In this document: positions 41,901-56,620 of the stretch, piece after piece
Layout: every line of letters starts with the position of its first letter
Numbering within the stretch: position 1 is the first letter of the stretch
NCBI GenBank assembly: GCA_964016885.1
Contig: OZ024740.1
Location: forward strand, 240,312,001-240,376,000
Length of the DNA stretch: 64,000 nt
Direction: 5' to 3'
Source of the DNA: Eledone cirrhosa
Lineage: Eukaryota
The notes under the pieces: model-generated
Seen by the model: the letters and a program-made list of their open reading frames with translations, nothing else
Told to the model about the DNA's origin: nothing
The model's database searches: none
Made by a program: the position numbers and the translations under genes

Positions 41901-42257
41901 TCACATGGATGAATGTATGGGGCCAATATATATATATATATATACATATATTTATATGTCATTGCGCCTATATAATCGTACAAACACGCCTAATGTGGAT
42001 ACATTTGTCTAAACAATTTCTTACCTTTGAATTATTATATATATATATATATTGTTTTATTGATATTTTTTATCTGTTTGTCCCGAATCTTCCTTTATCG
42101 GTTTTTTATCCTATGGTTGATTGTAGACTTGTTCTATATGTGACGGTATTTTAACGATAGTTATAGCTCTGATTCTTCTGAATTATTGAGCCCTCTGCCG
42201 CTCATTTCGAATCTTGTTTATCGTGAACTCGTGCGCCGATTTTTCGATACTCGATCT

Positions 42258-42303
<46 letters not shown>

Positions 42304-42305
<2 letters not shown>

Positions 42306-42434
42306 CGAAGGAAATGTGGTAAGGAACCAGGTGGACCATAACACACCAAAGTACTCAATACTTGGGGTATTTTCATTTAGTCCACAATTAGCCGTCGAAA
42401 CGGCTTCAGCTCAGCCGTCGGGGTCTTACTGGTT

Positions 42435-42436
<2 letters not shown>
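42304..42436. mobile_element. Family A element with short filler at the junction
   Basis: Same two outer ends; filler ttttcatt. Confidence 0.88.
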
Positions 42437-42483
<47 letters not shown>

Positions 42484-42662
42484 TTTACATATATATATTA
42501 CTATTAGCTATAATTCTGTTCTAACGATTACAACTTTTCTCGCCATCAATAACCCTAATGTGTTTATTCAGTGAAGTCACTATTACTTTAAAAGTAATAA
42601 TTAAACGCTACTTCACGTATTGAGATCTTTATTAAGTTTATTTTTATATATAAATAATAACG

Positions 42663-42784
<122 letters not shown>

Positions 42785-44063
42785 TGTGTGTGTGTGTCTG
42801 TGTGCGAGTTGATGCATGTCATGAGCAATGTTGTTCGAGGGAACGTTAGACAGAAACCAGTTGGAATATATCCAAACATCGAAATAGCTAAAGAATATGT
42901 TGAATATATATATGTGTGTGTTTGTGTGTATACTTGTGTGTGTGTGTGGTGTGTGGTGTGTGCGCGTGTGTGTCTATTACCGTAAATATATCAGTAAAGC
43001 TTTTCTCATATAACTATAAATAAAAATGGAAATATATACGCATGAATGTATGGGGCCAATATTTGTTGCGCTTTCGTTGTACAAATAGGTTAGAAACCAA
43101 AGTAATACGTAGTTATGAATGAATGCATAAATTGAAAACAAAATATATATGTATTTTTGAGCATGATAGTTTCTATCTAAAAGAAATCTCTGCCCACTTC
43201 AACTACCATTAAAGTGTTGCTTGATCTTTAGAGACGATCTTTAGAGACGACTCGTGCCACCTCGTCCCAGGCGTATTCCATTTACACGTTTCTCTTCCTC
43301 TCGTCACCCATATTGCGTTCACCCCAACTTCCATTCTCCGCATTAACCATTATGTAAAATTATTTCTCATTGGAAAATGAGCCCTATGAGTTTAACACCT
43401 GTTCTTGCTGTTGTTGCTGTTGTTAGATTCCAAGCCAGGCTTTGTTCGGCAAACCTTTAATCAAAGACATTCCAGTTCTAATCACCCGTCTTTTATTTTT
43501 GTGGAACGGCATAATGTATCCAAGACTATATTACTCAATTTGCCCTTTACTTTTTTTATAGAACGGGAGAATGTAATTTGAGGGAAATGTGGCTGCTATT
43601 TTTTGCAAGTCTAATAACTATGTAAAAATGTTCACAATGGTTCATTTCTGCCCATGCTTTTCCTGCAGTCATCAACTGATATTAACCACGCGGGTCTCAC
43701 TGGTATTGGGGAGTCTGTTATGGTTATCGGTACAAATCTTTCCTCCAGACCAAACCAATGATGAAAATTTAAAGAATTATAGCTACAGTCGTTGTTATTG
43801 ATCTTGATTTCGTTGTTTAACCGGCAGCCAACACTCACCTAGCAGATTTATGACCAAAGGTACACCAGCCGTTACCTTTCGGTCTTTTTAGAGGCTTCTA
43901 GATTACATAGTTTAATGCTCTTTTTTAAGACGGTTGAATGTGATTTAAGTTAGATTTGGTTGCTATTTTTGGCAAATCAAGAAACTACATAGAGGCTTCC
44001 TCACCGGCTCAAAAATGGATGGTTAAACAATGTGATATCAATCTACCTGTCTCTGGGTGATTG

Positions 44064-44156
<93 letters not shown>

Positions 44157-44179
44157 TCATTTTTTCATTACCATTACAA

Positions 44180-44268
44180 GGGGTCTAACGAGCCGCGGAT
44201 TACAGAGTCCGGTCAGATCGATACAGATAGAACCATGAGCTGATCAGTGGCGAAACGCGCGTCACTAA
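44180..44268 (+). ncRNA. Long-stem-II hammerhead, G5A mutated
   Basis: ggt-CTAACGA-GCCGC...GTGGC-GAAA-CGCGCG-TC-act. Confidence 0.65.
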
Positions 44269-44315
44269 CCAATAAACGGAATGAAGGAGTAACCAATCGT
44301 CCTTGTTATTTTATT

Positions 44316-44385
<70 letters not shown>

Positions 44386-44515
44386 CATACATACATACAT
44401 ACATACATACATACATACATACATACATACATACATACATGATGATGATGGCTACCCCCTCGTTATCGAGTATGGCCATTGCACGAGAAAAAATAAATAA
44501 ATAATTTTTTTTTTT

Positions 44516-44563
<48 letters not shown>

Positions 44564-44754
44564 GATACATACATACACACATATACATACACATACATAT
44601 ACATACACATTTATTAATAACAATAATAATAATAATAACAATAATAACAACAATAATAATAACGACAACAACAACAATAATAATATACATATACATATAT
44701 ATATACACACACACGCATAAACATATTTATACACACACACACACACGATACCAA

Positions 44755-46236
44755 CTAACAGCGCTGCGATCGAATGTGGCTTTTTAGCCCAGCCAATGAT
44801 CTAAAATGTCTTGCACAGAGTCGGCAACCAAAACATTCACTGGGAATAGTCGGCTGTGGTTGGAGTTCGTGTACTTTTGCATGTCGCTTGAGCCCTCCTG
44901 CTGATTTACATTCTCTACCACATGTTTGGCAAGCATGATGAGTAGCATCTCCAACAGCAGCCTGGTAGTCCAGCACTAGTGTCACTTTATGACTGCGAAG
45001 ATGACTTTCGAGTCCAGCTTTGCTTAGGCAGAGTCTCGCACAGACGCTGCATGTCAGCACCATATGAGGACCCTCGCCGTCTGGAAGTGCAACAGCAATG
45101 CCCTTCCTCACATCCCGCTTTACTTTCTCGTATGCGATTCGAGATGCCTCAAAGGCAACTTTTCCCTCATATACAGTCTTTCTCCATTTATTACAATCAG
45201 CAGCAATATATTCCCATGTATCAGCAGAGATGTTAGCGTCTTTCAAAGAGGCTTTCAAGGAATCCTTATACCTCTTTTGGGGTTTATGTGGCGGTCGTTT
45301 TCCTTTAACTAACTCTCCATAAAAGAGTTGTTTTGGTATTTTAGAATCCTTCATCCTGGCAAGGTGACCACTCCAACGGAGTTGTTGCTTAAGCACAAGA
45401 GCTTCTACACTGTCACACATAGAGCTTTCCAAAATCTCGACATCACTGATGTGGTCCCTCCAGTGAACGCCATGGATCCGTCTGAGACACATCTGATGGA
45501 AACGCTCCAATTGCTTAAGGTGGTGTCGATATGTGATCCTGGTCTCGCAGGCATAAAGAAGAGAAGAGAGCAAACATGCCTTGTACACCTTTACCTTTGT
45601 CTTCCTGCATATGTCTCGCCGACCCCAGAGTCGCCTTTCTAGCTTTCCGAAAGCATCACTTGCTTTCCTATCCTAAGTGAGATTTCACTATCAAGGTTGC
45701 TGTATCGATTGACAGTGCTTCCCAGGTAGACAAACTGATCAACCACTCCAAGTCGTTTACCATACACATAGATATTTGGTTCAGTGTACTGCTTACCAGG
45801 GGCAGGTTGGTACATGACGACGGTTTTCTTGAGACTGACAGTCAATCCTAGGGAAGTGCAAGCGTCAGAAAATGCATTCAAAATGTGCTGCATATCACTC
45901 TCTGTGTGCGCTACAAGATCGCAATCATCTGCATACAAGAGGTCTCTTATGATTGATGTAAATACTTTTGTCTTTGCAGCAAAGCGCCTGATGTTAAATA
46001 TGCTGCCTGAGGTTCGATATCGGATGAAAACACCATGCTCGCAATTCCTGAATGCAATACAGAAAACCATTGCAAAGTATATGGCAAACAGGGTCGGTGC
46101 TGGAATATCCCCCTGTTTCACTCCATTTTTTACTGAGATAGGCTCCGACATGTTACCTCCGACATTAACCCAAGCCTTCATGTCGTGATGGAAAGACCTG
46201 ACTAAAGCAAGGAACTTATCAGGGCAACCACGTTTC
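44755..46236 (-). pseudogene. 5'-truncated RTE-clade LINE: RT C-half plus three C2H2-type zinc fingers
   Basis: NGVKQGDI, LLYADDCDL, FVYLGS, LLYACET, LRWSGHLARM, QLFYGEL; one frameshift near 45640-45670. Confidence 0.92.
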
Positions 46237-46461
46237 CGGTTTCCAAGCTCAGAGCGTGGAGAGCCATAGCTCTATGCTGTAAAGCAATTATAATAATACG
46301 AACGACTTCAACTATACGAACTCTTGAAAGTCAACAGTTGACATAATCTTGTAATCTTGTATCAGTAATGACGGTAATATATACATACATACATACATAC
46401 ATACATACATACATACATACATACATACATACATACATACATACATACATACATACATACA

Positions 46462-48052
46462 TGACTGTAAAGCGGGGAAAAACAACAACCCAATCTAGCA
46501 ACATTGTCATCAATGGTCTAACTGTTTCACCGATATGTGATGAGGACTACTACAGATACCTGGGGATAGATGAGAACATATCCTATAATGGTATCTGTAG
46601 TAAAGAACGCGTAACCAGGGAATATTACACACGATTAAGAAAGATCTGGTCATCGGAACTCTCTGCGCAAAACAAAACCGTGGCTCACAATGTGTTTGCT
46701 GTGTCTGTCCTAACACCAACGTTTGGAATACTCAATTGGACGATAGACGAAATCCGAGCAGTTGATGTTGGAACTCGAAAAATACTGAACAACACCGGAA
46801 ACTTCCACATCAACAGTGACATAGACCGCCTTTACTTGAAACGTAAGCAGGGAGGCAGAGGCCTAACATCAGTCCAGACAACATTTGAACGTCGCATCAT
46901 ATCTCTCCGGCAACATCTACGAACCTCGAAGCGTAGGAGTCCGTTTCTCTAGCAAGTCTATCTGCATGAAACAGATAAGATCATGAGAGTTGGGAAGGAA
47001 CTCCTTGAGAGATATTCCCTGTGTTGATAATCAAAAACTCACACCCAGGGATGTCGCTCAGCAGTATCGCAGTGAATCCATGGATGAAAAACTGCATGCC
47101 TATCAGCAAAAAATCATGCATGTATATGTTGCCAGGAAGCTCCAGAATGAGAGTGATATAGATAAGGAAAGTAGTCTATCTTGGACCAACAACCGCTATA
47201 TTGGCTCCCACTTTGAAGGATACGCTTTTGCAATCCAAGAACAGGAGATTAGCACGAAATACCTGATTCACAAAAGAGATAGGGATGCAGGCAAAACACC
47301 TAGATGTGATAATAAGTGCAGACTCTGCAGAACTAACATCGAGAATATCATGCAGTTCGTAAAAAAGATAGCCCCGATAATAAATACATTAAAAGCTACA
47401 ACAATGTGGAAGACATCCATGTACATAATATGAAAGAGTACTGGTGGAATGTTCCAGTAAAAACCCCAATAAAATGCAGGCATAACAGACCAGATATTAT
47501 GATATGGGACAGGGAGAAGAAAACATGCACAGTAGTGGAAATTAGCTGCCCAGCAGATGCCAATATAATATCAAAGATTAGTGAAAAGGAGAATATTTAT
47601 GCAGAACTGATGAGAAATCTGCAGATACTCCACCCTGATTACACCTTCAGATTTATGCCTGTGATTATTGGGGCACTGGGATATGTTAGTAACTGCCTCA
47701 ATACAAATCTTGAGAAGCTAGGCTTCACAGGAACAGAAAGAACACAACTAGTTAGGAAATTACAAGTACAAACCATTAATGGAACAGTAAAAATATGTAA
47801 AACATTCCAAAAATGTTGCATCTAATAACTGCATATACACATGTACAGATACAAAGCATATACACATGCACACATACAACTCAAAACATACATATCCACA
47901 CATACAATAACATCCATATCTACTCATGCATGCATACATACATATCTACCTAGTTGATGTTGTGTAAATTCCAATGAGTGAGTCTTGTGTCTATGTTAGA
48001 AACCGACTCTCTCTCTATTAGTAAAACTTTGTTAAATTATAAAACCAGAAGA
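46462..48052 (+). mobile_element. 5'-truncated R4/Dong-like non-LTR retrotransposon with restriction-like endonuclease, in (TACA)n
   Basis: YRYLGI, RLYLKRKQGGRGL, CRLC, RPDIMIWD..EISCP..K..Y, PVIIGALG; (CATA)n on both sides. Confidence 0.9.
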
Positions 48053-48143
48053 ACATACATACATACATACATTCATATACATACACACACATATATACAT
48101 ACATACATACATACATACATACATACATACATACATACATACA

Positions 48144-48510
<367 letters not shown>

Positions 48511-48523
48511 ATATATATATATA

Positions 48524-48574
<51 letters not shown>

Positions 48575-48608
48575 ATATATATATAATATATATATATATA
48601 AATATCTC

Positions 48609-48659
<51 letters not shown>

Positions 48660-48738
48660 TATATATATACATATATATTATATATACATATATATTATAT
48701 ATACATATATATTATATATATACATCTATATACATACA

Positions 48739-48805
<67 letters not shown>

Positions 48806-48853
48806 CATATATATATTTTTTATATATATATATATACATATATATGTTTTATT

Positions 48854-48925
<72 letters not shown>

Positions 48926-48931
<6 letters not shown>

Positions 48932-49220
48932 CGAGCATCGTAGTGTTCTCCCGTCTACGGCTCTTCATGGAGTGCCTGTGGACGTACCACATTTTATTGA
49001 ACTCCCCAGCCGTGGAACCTATGTGCCAAGTAGAGTTGCCTGAATTTACAGTACACAGGTACACCATACACCAAATAATGTAATGGAGATCGAGTGACGC
49101 AACTTCGAGTGATTAGCGGCCTCTAGACTCACCTGATCTATGAAACAATTGTCAATACCTGAAATAAAAAATAAAGCCCCTTGTTGTACAGCCAACCATG
49201 TTACTCTTCATTCTTTCACT
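48926..49220. mobile_element. Inverted PLE fragment: GIY-YIG piece (minus) joined to HHR 3' half and 3' end (plus)
   Basis: Minus [36 protein letters not shown]; plus GAAACAATTGTC at 49142-49153; TA on both sides. Confidence 0.75.
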
Positions 49221-49443
49221 ATATATATATAGAACTTTGATAATATATATATATGTGTTTGTGTCTATATTGTATCTGTATTATTTTTGACCGTTGGTCA
49301 GTCAATGGCAACATTGAGGACCGAATAAATTAGATTAACCGATATAAAAGACACAGAAGCGAAAAGCGAAAACTAACCAAACAGTGAGTGTGTTGTGTTA
49401 TTAATTCTGGCAATATTACACAAATACGACCCTCTCCAAGTAT

Positions 49444-49523
<80 letters not shown>

Positions 49524-49579
49524 ATATATATATTATATATATATATATATATGTATATATATAATATATATATATATAT

Positions 49580-49627
<48 letters not shown>

Positions 49628-49750
49628 TATATATATAAATAATATATATATATATATAAATAATATATATATATATATATAATATATATATATAATATAT
49701 ATATATATATAATATATATATATAATATATATATATATATATAATATATA

Positions 49751-50003
49751 GGAGGTGAGTTTTATTGTATTACAATAAAGCAATGCAGATATCGGATAAG
49801 AAGCACTCTACAGTTTGTAGGACTGGAGTATGCATAATATAAGATCAAAAGATGGTTAAAGGAGTTCCATATATTTTATTATGCGCATTTCAAAAACAAA
49901 CATCATCATGCAATAATATTTGTGTTTTCATCAGATAAAACAGGAGAACATGATATGAAGGCTAAAAAACACTTGTGGATAGTGCAGTTTTAAATCAACA
50001 TAT
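49751..50003 (-). mobile_element. Second copy of the 1045 family with intact HHR (49872-49942)
   Basis: Near-identical to 1045-1297. Confidence 0.88.
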
Positions 50004-50071
50004 GAAAAGTGGTTTTAGATTGATGTGTGATATTGGAAAAATATTTTATTTAGAGAGGGGGGGGGATGAAA

Positions 50072-50648
<577 letters not shown>

Positions 50649-50784
50649 TGTTAAAACACTGAAAGTATAGTTAGGGCATGGAATATTAGACAGCTTAAGT
50701 AAGATCAAATTATTCAGCAAAACGAAAATAAATATTAGTCGATGAATAATATTTTTATTTATTTATTTTCTCCGGAAACTACAA

Positions 50785-50841
50785 GAGACAACTCTAAACG
50801 TTTCACATTTATTCTGGCTTCCTCAGCTAAAATGTAGTCTC
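50785..50841 (-). ncRNA. Degenerate hammerhead
   Basis: Minus: gagac..-CTGAGGA-weak stem II-GAAACGTT-..gtctc. Confidence 0.45.
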
Positions 50842-51223
50842 GCAATTGTTGTTGTTGTCGTGGCGTTATGCATATATAGTGTTAGCAATACGGAGACCGA
50901 GAAAACAACAGATCAGAGTAGTAATTGATGCATGTTTAAGAACAGATAGTAAAATTCCAACTTTCTGAGAATAGAAAGAACGGGAGAGAGTAAGTGATAA
51001 AGCAAGATAGAGCAAGAATCAACCGCAGTATTGGACTGGTACTTAATTTATCGACATGAAAAGGATAAAAGACCATGTTGACTTTGATGGGGTTTGAAAT
51101 CAGTACGCAGTGAATCGGAACAAATACCGATTAGTACTTGTAATGTCCCATATGAAATAAAACGGGGTTGTAGAGGGAGAAAACAAGAGAGAGGGGAGAA
51201 GAGGGGGCGCTGTATCTATCAAT

Positions 51224-51412
51224 AATTGTTTCTACTATTGGCACAAGGCCAGAAATTACCCAGTACATTACTGGTACTTTATTTTATCGACCCCGTAAGG
51301 ATGAAAGGCAAAGTTAACCTCGGCGGGATTTGAACTCAGAATGGCAAGGGCCGTAACTCTATGCGTCAAAGCATGGCGTCCGACCCTCTACCGATACTGC
51401 CAATCCACCGCC
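51224..51412 (-). mobile_element. Full-length Meta-core SINE with target-site duplication
   Basis: ctgtatctatcaataat duplicated at 51210 and 51413. Confidence 0.92.
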
Positions 51413-53200
51413 CTGTATCTATCAATAATGATGGACTATAGAGTTTACGCACTGAATGGCAGTTGGCAGTTGGCTTTGTTGAGCATGCTTCAATTAAATG
51501 TTTGCATTTATGAATCTCTCGTACACACATTTGTTTACTGTTTCCTGTAAACAGGAGATTGATAGCTCATTGACCAATAACTTTTATTTTAGACTCTCTC
51601 TCACATTATTTTCTCTTTTTCCTCCCAGCATTATCTCTATGTTCCTTACATCCACACCTACCAGTATGTTTAACCTACTAAAGACCAGATGTATAAAATT
51701 CGCTATAAACAAAAATACATCGAAATATATTTGTTACTTGCTAAAAAACAGCTTCCTTCGATGCAGAACAGTTGTTAACAAACACTCAACATTCCTTCCA
51801 TGTGTCTTTTACTCCTTACTCTCTGAAATATCACCCCTCACACACACACCTATTTTTTATCTATAATTGACTCTTGTTGCTTCTAAAATGCATGAATTCC
51901 TGTGTTTATATATATATATATAACGCATGTAAGTATATGACTACGGTTTCAATACTGTCTTACTGTGAAATTAAATTGAAGAAATAGACCCCAAGTTCTG
52001 GACAGAAATTCTATATGTATTTAAAGCATATAAATATATTTCGTTTTACCAAATTTTATAATATTATTGCTGTGGTTTTTTTATTGTAGCAGCTGGACAC
52101 TGCGTGATTGCGGGTTTACGCCTCAATCTGTATCTGTTGTTGCTTAGCTGCTGCAAGATTCTTGTTCAGGTGAAGGTATGTTTATATCATCTGCAACTGG
52201 AAGGAGCTTTTGAGGAGATACTTTTTCTTGTGTCTGCATTTAGACACAATTTCTTGTTTTTGATTGTTTATTTGTTTGTTTTGTTTGTTTTTTTAGTGCA
52301 CCATTTGATACGTTGCAAATGTACATCAGAAATCTAGATCTATATGTATATGCTGTTGCAGTCTCATCTATGGAACATTTTACGTTTTTGCTTACGGTCA
52401 CCTATTTCCAAAACTGACCGCATCAATCTGTGCAGTCAGGAAGTAACATAAAAAGTATCAGACTTTGATTCGATATTTATGACGATACCTAACATAAAAA
52501 ATCGGAACAAATTATAAGTTAACTACTAAGATTTTAATATAAAATATTTGAGATATGACAAGTATTAATTTAGGACGAAAAAAGGCCATAGCTTATGGTA
52601 GCACTCGAGTCAAGTATCTACCGCATTAATCATAAAACTACAAATATGTTATCAATTTTTACTTTTCCTTTGACTTTGTAATAATAAATGTCGATTGAAA
52701 GGAGACAGATAGTTTCGTAGATGTTCTTGAAAGTTTGTTTTGAAGAAATAAACTATGCGAGGGGTCTGAAAAAGTGTTAATACCACTGGCAAATAGTAAC
52801 AATGCTACTACAATTGCATATTATTATTTGAAATAATTCTCTTTCAGCGGAATTGTTTATATTATGGATTGTTTGACATTCATAACAGGCAGTTTTATTG
52901 GGTCTTTCTGGATTTCAGACATTGAAACAACAACCAAATATGAGAAACTGTTGAACAGATATCCTACAGTGTTCACATTAGGATTGACGAGTTTTTCAGT
53001 GATCCCGCAGCAGTTTGGCACCATCACTAAGTCTGTTGTTAACAGCTTAGACTGAGCATGCGATTTCATATGTAGAATTAAGATGGTTGTATCAATAAAG
53101 TATTGTACTGCCTGCCCTTAAATAGTTAGTTCACAGCTGTCGCGAGTGTTTCTATTTCTGAGCAGAATACCGCATTTTACATTTGCTTGACTCATGTGTG

Positions 53201-53247
<47 letters not shown>

Positions 53248-53501
53248 GCATACATACATACACCCATGCATGCATGCAAAGATACACACAATATAATCTT
53301 CATGCAAAGAATATACACGCAGAATACACCAAAAATTAAAAATGTTACTATTAATATTAATATTAATTTACCCCAGAAATGAAACTGTGTTTCGATTGCT
53401 ATCTTAATCTCATCAATGGAAGACAGAGTTGTATACATATGATAGTCTTTTGAATACAGCCTTTGGCTATTCTATGAGCGCCTCCACGCACACACACACA
53501 C

Positions 53502-53540
<39 letters not shown>

Positions 53541-53976
53541 TGCACACACACACACACACACACACACAAACAAACAAGCAAACAAACACAAACACATATT
53601 CATACGCACATATACATATATATTCAAGTGGGTATATGCTTGTAGAGAGTGTGTGGAGAGGAATGGTCGTGCAATTAATATAACATTAACCTTTTTGACA
53701 CCAAACCGCCCGTATTTCGACAATATAAAACTTTGTTTTAATAAGCTTATATTTATCTAAAATATCTTCCATTTTTATTTTATATAAGAACCTTTGTTAA
53801 TTACGTTTCAAACAGCAACTTAACGAGAATGTTATATTATTAAATCCTTCCAAATTCCTGATTACTTTCAAAATTATTTGGAAATTATAGGCAGTTTTTC
53901 ATAAAAAAATATGGTAACCAAATAGTTAAACTAATTATTTGTACATGGTCTTTCTGGGATGAAAACATTATTTCAG

Positions 53977-54249
53977 TGGATTGGCAGTATCGGTAGAGGG
54001 TCGGACGCTATGCTTTGATGTATCGAGTTACGGCCCTTGCTATTCTGAGTTCAAATCCTGCCGAGGTTAACTTTGCCTTTCATCCTTACGGGGTCGATAA
54101 AATAAAGTACCAGTAATGCTCTGGGTAATTTCTGGCCTTGTGCCAAACGTAAAAACAATTATTTCATGTGGATTGGCAGTATCGGTAGAGAGTCGGACAC
54201 CATGCTTTGAAGCATAGAGTTACGTCCCTTTATGATCTAAGTTCAAATC
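53977..54249 (+). mobile_element. Two tandem Meta-core SINEs (second truncated)
   Basis: Heads at 53977 and 54168. Confidence 0.85.
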
Positions 54250-54851
54250 GTGCGTCTTGTTTATAAAGTGTGGCATTGAACTAAAGAACATCAGACTACG
54301 ATTCTCTAAATGGATTGTTAAACGCTCAATATCGAATTGTCGTGGATTATGTGAGGGGCATATAATCTGAAAAATACACTCCCCTGACTATGAAAATGTC
54401 GAAGTACATGAAGTCCATAACATCCCTTCGCTGTGCATTTCCAATATTTTTAATATTTTTAATATTCTTAATGCTTGCACTATTTCTAATGCTTATATCA
54501 TTTCTCCACACACAGACTATAACAATCATATAAAGAATTTGCCACCAGATCAACCAACCTAACACTCTTGTTTACCTACCTAAGTGCTTCTACTACACGT
54601 AACTCTCTGCCACACTATATAAACAAGACGCACGTGCTTGCCACACATATAACATTTTCACTATATAACCGCTTATTTTCATGTTGTATTTTAACCTGTA
54701 TTTTTGATTGTATCTTTTAATATGAATGTAATCTCTAAGTGTGTACTGCCACTCTAAATGCTGTAATGAATGTTGACCCACAATATTTGCATATGTATCT
54801 GTATGTCTCTTGGGTGAAAAGGAGGTCACATAACTGTTCACTCATTAATAA

Positions 54852-54901
54852 ATTGCTCCGAAGAATCCAAACCTCGGTTTGGAGGAAACAGTTGTAAGTA
54901 T
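54852..54901 (+). ncRNA. Type I hammerhead (U4C core) at the end of a decayed PLE-like segment
   Basis: tgct-CCGAAGA-A-tccaaac ctcg gtttgga-G-GAAA-CAGTTG-TA-agta; upstream 27-bp inverted repeat 54249-54275 / 54608-54634. Confidence 0.7.
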
Positions 54902-55147
54902 AAAAATGTTTTGAACAGTTCTTTGATTCTTATATTTCATATAACTGCTCTGTAAATCATCTGATGTTTTTACATTGAGCTACTTAACTTACTGGTAATA
55001 AGGTAGTAATATATTACTGCCTACCACTATTTAGGGTTTGTATAAAAAAATATATATAACTGCAAAAGGTTTTTGTATTTACATAACCATAAATAGTATA
55101 ATTAATACTATATATACATACATATATATATATACATACATATATAT

Positions 55148-55200
<53 letters not shown>

Positions 55201-55712
55201 CGCACACATCAACCCAAAACTAGTCAACATCCCTTTGGAGATTGTCGTGTCTTGGTAGTCATTTAGAGTCTTATAAGGGTTGATAGAATGTTTTCAAATG
55301 TACAACATAAGCCACATGTTTCTTGTCTGGTATTTCATCGATTCATCGAGCGCTTCTCTGAAATTGTGTGCTTCAAATTGAAATTCCATATGCGTAATTT
55401 AATCTGAGGAATGTAATCCCATACTGTGAAACAAGACTGTTGAGTGTATACATGAAATATCAATATATTATATATTTGAAATATTCGCTTCTCATATTAG
55501 TTTCTATCTTTGGACTGCGACCATATTGGAGCACTACCTTATAGGATTGTTAGTTGACTATATTGCAAAACACGAAAGGTTAAATCGACCGGAGGTATAA
55601 AGGGAAACAAGTGGCACAGAATAGAATACCACATTGTAGATTGTAGTATTATTCAACACACCAAATCTGCCATACAATGCTGATACGCATACACACGCAT
55701 ATATATATATAT

Positions 55713-55901
55713 AACGAAGGAAATGTGGTAAGGAACCAGGTGGACCATAACGTACCAAAGTACTCAATACATAGGGTAGTAGAGTGGGTAATAGGAACCA
55801 GTAAGACCCCGACGGCTGAGCTCAAGCCGTTTCGACGGCTAATTCTGGACGGAATTAGCCGTCGAAACGGCTTGAGCTCAGCCGTCGGGGTCTTACTGGT
55901 T

Positions 55902-55903
<2 letters not shown>
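55713..55903. mobile_element. Family A element (palindrome plus tail)
   Basis: Same ends. Confidence 0.9.
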
Positions 55904-55988
<85 letters not shown>

Positions 55989-56321
55989 AAATTAATTTTT
56001 CAAATATAAAAACTGGAAAGATGTTGGTGAAAAAATTATATCACCTCAAAATATGGTAATTTATTCTAATAAACTGTACAAATGGCTACATATAATATTT
56101 TTTTAAACATTTATATAAAAGCTTATTGTGTTATATATATAATAACTAGAAATTGATTAACATATAAATATACATGAATAATCACAGGAGATCATTTTTA
56201 GACGCGTGTAACGCTCGGATTTATCTTTGAGCTTATTTTCCAGGCGATATGGCGCATGCCATTATGACATGACACCCACAATTTCGATTTAGATTAAATT
56301 CATTTAATTTATCTTAATTTT

Positions 56322-56374
<53 letters not shown>

Positions 56375-56376
<2 letters not shown>

Positions 56377-56558
56377 AACCAGTAAGACCCCGACGGCTGA
56401 GCTCAAGCCGTTTCGACGGCTAGTCCAGAATTAGCCGTCGAAACGGCTTGAGCTCAGCCGTCGGGGTCTTACTGGTTCCTATTACCCACTCTACTACCCC
56501 AAGTATTGAGTACTTTGGTGCGTTATGGTCCACCTGGTTCCTTACCACATTTCCTTCG

Positions 56559-56560
<2 letters not shown>
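56375..56560. mobile_element. Family A element (palindrome plus tail)
   Basis: Same ends. Confidence 0.9.

Positions 56561-56620
<60 letters not shown>

Noticed and set aside
55400-55446. CTGAGGA..GAAACAAGACTGTT
   Set aside because: Stem I and II pairing too weak to call
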